Below, piece after piece: positions 58,736 to 64,000 of a stretch of 64,000 nucleotides of DNA. Location of the stretch: contig JAOPTW010000034.1 in NCBI GenBank assembly GCA_051532035.1, positions 29,466-93,465 of the forward strand, read 5' to 3'. The notes under the pieces are model-generated. The model was not told where the DNA came from. It saw nothing but the letters and a program-made list of their open reading frames with translations, and did not search any database. The position numbers and the translations under genes were made by a program. Source of the DNA: Fibrobacterales bacterium (GTDB taxonomy: Bacteria; Fibrobacterota; Fibrobacteria; Fibrobacterales; JAOPTW01). How positions within the stretch are numbered: the first letter of the stretch is position 1; every line of letters begins with the position of its first letter.

Positions 58736-58859
58736 AGATTTACAAATTCCACACTAAGCCTGTTTTAGATATTTTAGCACAAAAACCCTCTTTTTAGGCG
58801 TTAAACACCAATTATTTTTTCATGATTAATAAAAAAAAACAGCTTCAATACGAGAAACT

Positions 58860-58876
58860 TTGGCATAGATTTCTAT
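58860..58876 (+). promoter_or_regulatory. Possible sigma54 promoter of glnA (good -24, degenerate -12)
   Basis: TTGGCATAGATTTCTAT about 40 nt before the ATG; GG-N10 is followed by TA rather than GC. Confidence 0.4.
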
Positions 58877-58915
58877 ACTTTCTTTCAACATAATTTTCTA
58901 ACACGGAATAGATAC

Positions 58916-61087
58916 ATGTCAAGAAACCAATCTCGCGTACAAGCAATGAACATCATTCAGACTCGTGAACCTGTTGTTCTTAAAGAAACACAAACCCTTG
59001 ATGAACTTTGGGCTAAAAATGTTTTCACTCTCTCTACAATGCAGAAAGTGCTCCCAAAAAATGTTTTCAAATCAGTTAAGAACACAATCAATACCGGTGA
59101 TCAACTCGACCTATCAGTTGCAGATTCAATTGCAAACGCAATGAAAGACTGGGCTGTTGCTCGTGGCGCAAAATACTACGCACACGTTTTCTACCCTCTT
59201 ACTGGTGCAACTGCAGAAAAACACGATGGTTTTATTGAACCACAAGCTGATGGCTCAGTAGTATCAGAATTAAGTGGTAAAGCACTTGTACAAGGTGAAC
59301 CTGATGGTTCGTCATTCCCAAATGGTGGCTTACGTGCCACATTCGAAGCCCGTGGTTATACCGCATGGGACGTCACCTCTCCTGCATACCTAATGGACAC
59401 AGCTAACGGATCAACCCTCTGTATCCCTACGGTATTTATCTCATGGACCGGTGAAGCTCTTGATAAAAAAACTCCTCTTATCCGTGCAAATGAAGCATTA
59501 AACAAATCAGCAACTCGTGCACTTACACTTCTTGGATACGATGATGTTGCTCGTGTCGGCTCAGTATGTGGCGCAGAACAAGAGTACTTCCTTATAGACT
59601 CTGCCCTTGCTTCAACTCGTTCAGACATCAATTTGACTGGTAGAACACTTTTTGGTGCCCCATCAGCAAAACACCAACAGTTTGATGATCACTATTTTGG
59701 CGCAATCCCAGAACGTGTACAAGTATACATGCAAGAAGTAGAGACTGAACTCTATATTCTTGGTATCCCTGCCAAAACTCGCCACAACGAAGTTGCCCCA
59801 GGACAGTTCGAAATTGCTCCTATCTTCGAGAAATCTAACGTAGCCACTGATCACCAACAAATGATCATGACAACTCTTAAAAATGTTGCAAAGCGCCACA
59901 ACTTCACGTGCCTTCTTCACGAAAAACCTTTCGCAGGAATCAACGGAAGTGGCAAACACGTAAACTGGTCAGTAAGTAATACAACTCAAGGCAACCTCCT
60001 TGATCCAGGTAAAACTCCAGATAAAAACGAACAGTTCATCCTATTCTGCTCAGCAGTAATTCGCGGTGTACACAAATTTGGCGGACTCCTAAGATCTGTT
60101 GCAGCATCTTCAAGTAACGACCACCGTTTAGGTGCGAATGAAGCTCCTCCTGCAATCATGTCTATTTACCTAGGTTCACAACTTGAAGATATGTTCAACC
60201 AGATTCAATCAGGTAAAATCACTGGAATTAAAGAGCAAGATGTCATGGATTTTGGCGTTGGCACACTTCCAGAATTTGAAAAAGATGCCGGTGACCGTAA
60301 TAGAACATCACCATTCGCTTTTACTGGTAACCGCTTTGAGTTCCGTGCTGTTGGATCAAACCAATCAGTTGCTGGACCACTCATTTCTATGAACACTATC
60401 CTTGCTGACTCTCTTGACTGGGCAAGTGACAAAATGGAAGCCGCAATTAAAGGTGGCTCTGATATTTCTGCTGCAGTAATGGCCGTAGCCAAAGAGGTCA
60501 TGGACAATCACAGTGCAGTAATATTTGGTGGTGACGGATATTCTCAAGACTGGCACAAAGAAGCTGAAAAACGTGGTCTTCGTAACCTCCGTACAACGGC
60601 TGACGCCCTTCCAGTACTTAAAGAAGCTGAAGTAATTGAGCTTTTCAAATCAACAAATGTACTCTCTCCTAAAGAGCTTGAATCACGTTTTGAAGTATAT
60701 GCAGAGCAATACGTCGAGTCTATCGCTGTTGAAGCTAATGTTATGGTTGAAACTGTTAAAACTCAGATCTACCCTGCGGCAATGGAATACCTTTCTCAAT
60801 TAAGTGATACCTACACAAAACTTGGTTCACTCAAAATTGATATCGATACTTCTGTAGCTCAAGAGATTGTGAAAAATACAGACGCAATGATGAAAGCATG
60901 TACTGCGCTTGAAACCGTTAAAGACGAAGAGTCTTTTGATTCAATCGAAGCACACCTTCAACATACAGCACAAAAAATCTGTGTTGCACTCAATGAAGTT
61001 CGTACATACATTGATGCACTTGAAGAGATCGTTGCTGATGACATGTGGCCTCTTCCAACATACGAAGAGATGCTTTTCATTAAATAA
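58916..61087 (+). CDS. glnA: Glutamine synthetase type III
   Basis: 723 aa; TAEKHD.F, GEPDGSSFP.GG.R.TFEARGYTAWD, HNEVAPGQFE, HEKPFAGINGSGKH, DRNRTSPFAFTGNRFEFR, WPLP.Y. Confidence 0.96.
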   Translation: MSRNQSRVQAMNIIQTREPVVLKETQTLDELWAKNVFTLSTMQKVLPKNVFKSVKNTINTGDQLDLSVADSIANAMKDWAVARGAKYYAHVFYPLTGATAEKHDGFIEPQADGSVVSELSGKALVQGEPDGSSFPNGGLRATFEARGYTAWDVTSPAYLMDTANGSTLCIPTVFISWTGEALDKKTPLIRANEALNKSATRALTLLGYDDVARVGSVCGAEQEYFLIDSALASTRSDINLTGRTLFGAPSAKHQQFDDHYFGAIPERVQVYMQEVETELYILGIPAKTRHNEVAPGQFEIAPIFEKSNVATDHQQMIMTTLKNVAKRHNFTCLLHEKPFAGINGSGKHVNWSVSNTTQGNLLDPGKTPDKNEQFILFCSAVIRGVHKFGGLLRSVAASSSNDHRLGANEAPPAIMSIYLGSQLEDMFNQIQSGKITGIKEQDVMDFGVGTLPEFEKDAGDRNRTSPFAFTGNRFEFRAVGSNQSVAGPLISMNTILADSLDWASDKMEAAIKGGSDISAAVMAVAKEVMDNHSAVIFGGDGYSQDWHKEAEKRGLRNLRTTADALPVLKEAEVIELFKSTNVLSPKELESRFEVYAEQYVESIAVEANVMVETVKTQIYPAAMEYLSQLSDTYTKLGSLKIDIDTSVAQEIVKNTDAMMKACTALETVKDEESFDSIEAHLQHTAQKICVALNEVRTYIDALEEIVADDMWPLPTYEEMLFIK

Positions 61088-61112
61088 AAGCGATACATTT
61101 CAAATACTTTCT

Positions 61113-61138
61113 AGCCGCCTATATTGGGCGGCTTTTTT
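61113..61138 (+). terminator. Intrinsic terminator after glnA
   Basis: AGCCGCC-TATATTG-GGCGGCT-TTTTT. Confidence 0.88.
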
Positions 61139-61244
61139 ATTTTCTAATCCATTTGTATACTGTGTAAAAGTGTAATTTGAGGATCCATTTTTTCAAAAAC
61201 CAGCGAATAATACTATTTTTATACGATCAAACAAAAGGATAGTC

Positions 61245-61808
61245 ATGAAATTTTATAATCTCCCTATTGGTGATGAAGCGCCTGAAATTGTAGAAGCTGT
61301 TATTGAAATTAGCAAAGACTCAAATGCAAAGTATGAGTACGACACGGTACACGATGTTTTCAGACTCGATCGTTGCCTCATGAGCTCAATGAGTTATCCT
61401 GCGAATTATGGTTTTATTCCAAGTACTTATGCCGAAGATGGTGATGCACTCGATATCCTTATCTATAACTCAACACCACTCCTCACAGGGACCTGCGTTA
61501 AATGCCGCGTTCTTGGAGTACTTGATATGACTGATAGCGGAGATAAAGATTATAAAGTACTTGGTGTCCCCCTCTTTAATCCCAATAATTACACAAACAT
61601 CTATGACATTGACCCAATGTTTCTTCATGTAGCCAAACACTTTTTTGAGCACTACAAAGAACTTGAAGACAAAACTGTTGAAATGGGTAACTGGCTTGAT
61701 GCGAGTAAAGCTCGTGAGATTATTATGGAGTCAAATGCTGCGTTTCATAAAAAGTACCCTAAAGTCATCAAGGAACGCGAAAAATTCTACAAAATCACAG
61801 AAAAATAA
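61245..61808 (+). CDS. ppa: Soluble family I inorganic pyrophosphatase
   Basis: KYEYD, LDR, YPANYGFIP, DGDALD, D.GDKD.K, HFFEHYK.LE. Confidence 0.93.
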   Translation: MKFYNLPIGDEAPEIVEAVIEISKDSNAKYEYDTVHDVFRLDRCLMSSMSYPANYGFIPSTYAEDGDALDILIYNSTPLLTGTCVKCRVLGVLDMTDSGDKDYKVLGVPLFNPNNYTNIYDIDPMFLHVAKHFFEHYKELEDKTVEMGNWLDASKAREIIMESNAAFHKKYPKVIKEREKFYKITEK

Positions 61809-61812
61809 GTGC

Positions 61813-62898
61813 TTATGAATCCTTGCCAGGGTTAGAGTCTATGGCAAGGATTACTTCTATCTCCGCAATCACTTGATCAACTGAAATATTACTTAAACAA
61901 CGGTAATCTCCATACTTGTGACAAGTCAGTGGCTTTTTTGAGTATTCAAAACATGGGGCACACGACAATTCCGACGTGATCACCTTTGAATTTTTTGAAT
62001 ATGGTGCAGCGTAGACCGCACTCGTCGGGCCATAGATCCCAATAACCGGTACATCTTGAGACGCCGCGAGATGCATCATCCCTGAATCATTACTAACAAA
62101 TAGGTCACACTCTTTAATTACCGAAGCAGTTTGAGGAAGTGTCGTTCCTGATAAACAGATACCATTCTGACCTGCCACATATTCTTTTAACGTATCCTCT
62201 TCGGGGCCACCCACTACAATTACAGTAATTCCTCGCTTGCTACATACCTCTACAAGCTGATTAAAATGATCACGAGGCCACCGTTTGTTACTGTGATTTT
62301 TTAGAGTAGAACTCCCTGGATGAATCCCGATAATCTTACTCACCCCAGGAAGATTACTCCGAACCCAATGGTTTCCAAAAACCAAGTCATCACCCTCTAA
62401 AGGGAAATGCAACACAGAGTCTTTTACAGCATTCACTTGTTCATCAATAGCCTGGACTAACCTTAAACTCTCATGAACATTATGCAACGTAGGGTCTTTT
62501 ACTACTGTATGGCTATAAAGAAAATTCAGACTCCCTTTGTCCCCACGCAGATACCGATGGCCCAAACGAATTTTCCCACCAATAAGCAGGGACAGCAAAG
62601 AATACTCTTTTCGATTAGCCGGAAAGCCCATAATCGTAATATCAAATTTCTCTTTGCGCAGCCTCCACACAAATCGAAGACTACCGGTCAATGACTCACT
62701 AAAAAAATCCCACAATAACACCGTATTAACTTCTGGTAACTTTTGGACCATCTGAGCAACCGATCGATACATGGTAAGTACAGTAATATCCGCATCGGGC
62801 ACTCTTGAGCGCAACTCTTTTAGAGCGGGAGTCATCATAATAGCATCACCTATCCCTGGAAGACAATAGAAGAGAATCTTAGGTGTGCTTTTCATCAC
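61813..62898 (-). CDS. GT9 family (heptosyltransferase-like) glycosyltransferase
   Basis: GIGDAIM.TP, HPGS, KRWP, NDSGMMHLA, YGPT, C.PC. Confidence 0.9.
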   Translation of the reverse strand: MMKSTPKILFYCLPGIGDAIMMTPALKELRSRVPDADITVLTMYRSVAQMVQKLPEVNTVLLWDFFSESLTGSLRFVWRLRKEKFDITIMGFPANRKEYSLLSLLIGGKIRLGHRYLRGDKGSLNFLYSHTVVKDPTLHNVHESLRLVQAIDEQVNAVKDSVLHFPLEGDDLVFGNHWVRSNLPGVSKIIGIHPGSSTLKNHSNKRWPRDHFNQLVEVCSKRGITVIVVGGPEEDTLKEYVAGQNGICLSGTTLPQTASVIKECDLFVSNDSGMMHLAASQDVPVIGIYGPTSAVYAAPYSKNSKVITSELSCAPCFEYSKKPLTCHKYGDYRCLSNISVDQVIAEIEVILAIDSNPGKDS

Positions 62899-63850
62899 TC
62901 CGCTCCCGCTTATGCATTACAAAAAAATAGGCCCCTAATACCGAAATTACCGCAAGAGCTATATACGCAAGTTCTTGAATTAAAATTCCATGAAGCTCAG
63001 CAATCCCTACAGCTCCATAAACTTTAGTAGCTGCTATTTCGCGGACTCCATGTCCACCTATAGAAATTGGTATCGCTGTAACAATATCGATAAAAGGAAC
63101 TAAAAAAAGAAATGTGGACACCGGGAACATCACTCCAAGAGAGAGCGCAATAAAATATTTTGATGAAACCCTCAGGAGCTGAATAGTAATTGAGAGCGGC
63201 AGCAGTCGTGCCCAAACAGTCCCCCGTCTATAAAGATGAAAACACGACTGAATCTTTGCGACCATATCAGCAACTTTCTCAAGAGATACTCTACGAAGAA
63301 CCTTGTCAAGAATCAAACCAACTCTCCGAGAAAAAAGAGCAATCATAAATAATATTATACCACCACATACCCACACCGCTGGAAGAATCAAAAAACCAAC
63401 ATCAGAATCGCCATAGAAAAAAACCAACCCAGCAACAAGCGAGATCAAGCTGATTGCAAACAGACCTATGAGTCGATCAAAAAAAGTAGCCGTAAAACTA
63501 CTGCTATAATGCTCGGTATATTTCTTCATGTCGTATATCTTTTTAACATCGCCCCCAACATTACCCGGCATAAAGTTGTTAAAAAAGAGGCCCACAAAAA
63601 AGAGCGCAAACACCTTTTTAAAGGGTATTGATACCCCTTGATACGATAGGAGCATCCTCCATTGAACACAACCAAGTACCAATGATACAATTGTCACCCC
63701 TACCGAAACCGCAAACCACCCAACATGAAACTCAATCCCAAGGAGTGCATCAACAAGACGCTCCCCCTGCAATGAATGATACAGGCTATTGCCTACAACA
63801 GTTAACAAAACTGCCGCAACACACGCCTTTATAATAGTCCATTTACTCAC
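62879..63850 (-). CDS. Lysylphosphatidylglycerol-synthase TM / flippase-like membrane protein
   Basis: Multi-TM; W..LL, FFNNFMPG.VGGD..K, DRLIG, PISIGG.GVRE. Confidence 0.85.
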   Translation of the reverse strand: MSKWTIIKACVAAVLLTVVGNSLYHSLQGERLVDALLGIEFHVGWFAVSVGVTIVSLVLGCVQWRMLLSYQGVSIPFKKVFALFFVGLFFNNFMPGNVGGDVKKIYDMKKYTEHYSSSFTATFFDRLIGLFAISLISLVAGLVFFYGDSDVGFLILPAVWVCGGIILFMIALFSRRVGLILDKVLRRVSLEKVADMVAKIQSCFHLYRRGTVWARLLPLSITIQLLRVSSKYFIALSLGVMFPVSTFLFLVPFIDIVTAIPISIGGHGVREIAATKVYGAVGIAELHGILIQELAYIALAVISVLGAYFFVMHKRERSDEKHT

Positions 63851-64000
63851 AATAATCTCTTACAAAACAAATATTAATACAAGAATAATTTAGAATTCTA
63901 TTTTCATATGAGACTTTATTTTTACGTAATTATCTTCAATAACTACTCTCTCTCGATAAGAAACCTCAAGACCACCCATCCCAACAAGCCCCAAAGCTTT

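Noticed and set aside
684..63834. Numerous 60-190 aa ORFs nested in or antisense to long genes (e.g. 55231..55791, 41041..41472, 18201..18662, 51394..51828)
   Set aside because: Shadow frames of well-supported genes with no domain signatures.
1..64000. CRISPR array, rRNA, prophage or IS element
   Set aside because: No regularly spaced repeats, rRNA-like sequence, phage genes or transposase ORFs were seen.

Overview
Bacterial chromosomal window, AT-rich and gene-dense, with most genes on the - strand. A TIGR02147-like gene and the general gene set suggest Fibrobacterota/FCB group (inference). No CRISPR array, prophage, integrase or transposase is visible. Housekeeping genes: coaBC, dnaB, mlaE/mlaF, hemB, yajC, def, valS, tkt, purQ/purL, nfo, leuA, ppa and tRNA-Arg(TCT). 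There are many two-component proteins, including a REC-PP2C/STAS pair whose STAS gene is missing from the ORF track. Most notable loci: (1) a nitrogen-assimilation island (amtB-PII-PII, a divergent NifA-like GAF-AAA+ sigma54 activator, and type III glutamine synthetase) with a near-consensus sigma54 promoter, a repeated ACA-N4-TGT candidate enhancer box, and no nif or ntrBC genes in the window; (2) a coupled methyltransferase-bshC-bshB1-bshA operon predicted to make N-methyl-bacillithiol; (3) an unannotated, apparently leaderless poly-Leu attenuator peptide upstream of leuA; (4) a chemosensory cluster (multi-HPt CheA, CheR, two CheD, HDOD, CheY, CheX, CheB) with no MCP and no CheW; (5) an RPE/REP-like nested palindrome abutting nfo; (6) a degenerate uracil-DNA-glycosylase-fold gene; (7) a ThDP-enzyme/aldehyde dehydrogenase pair resembling a 2-oxoglutarate bypass. 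All family assignments come from motifs recognised by eye; no searches were run.
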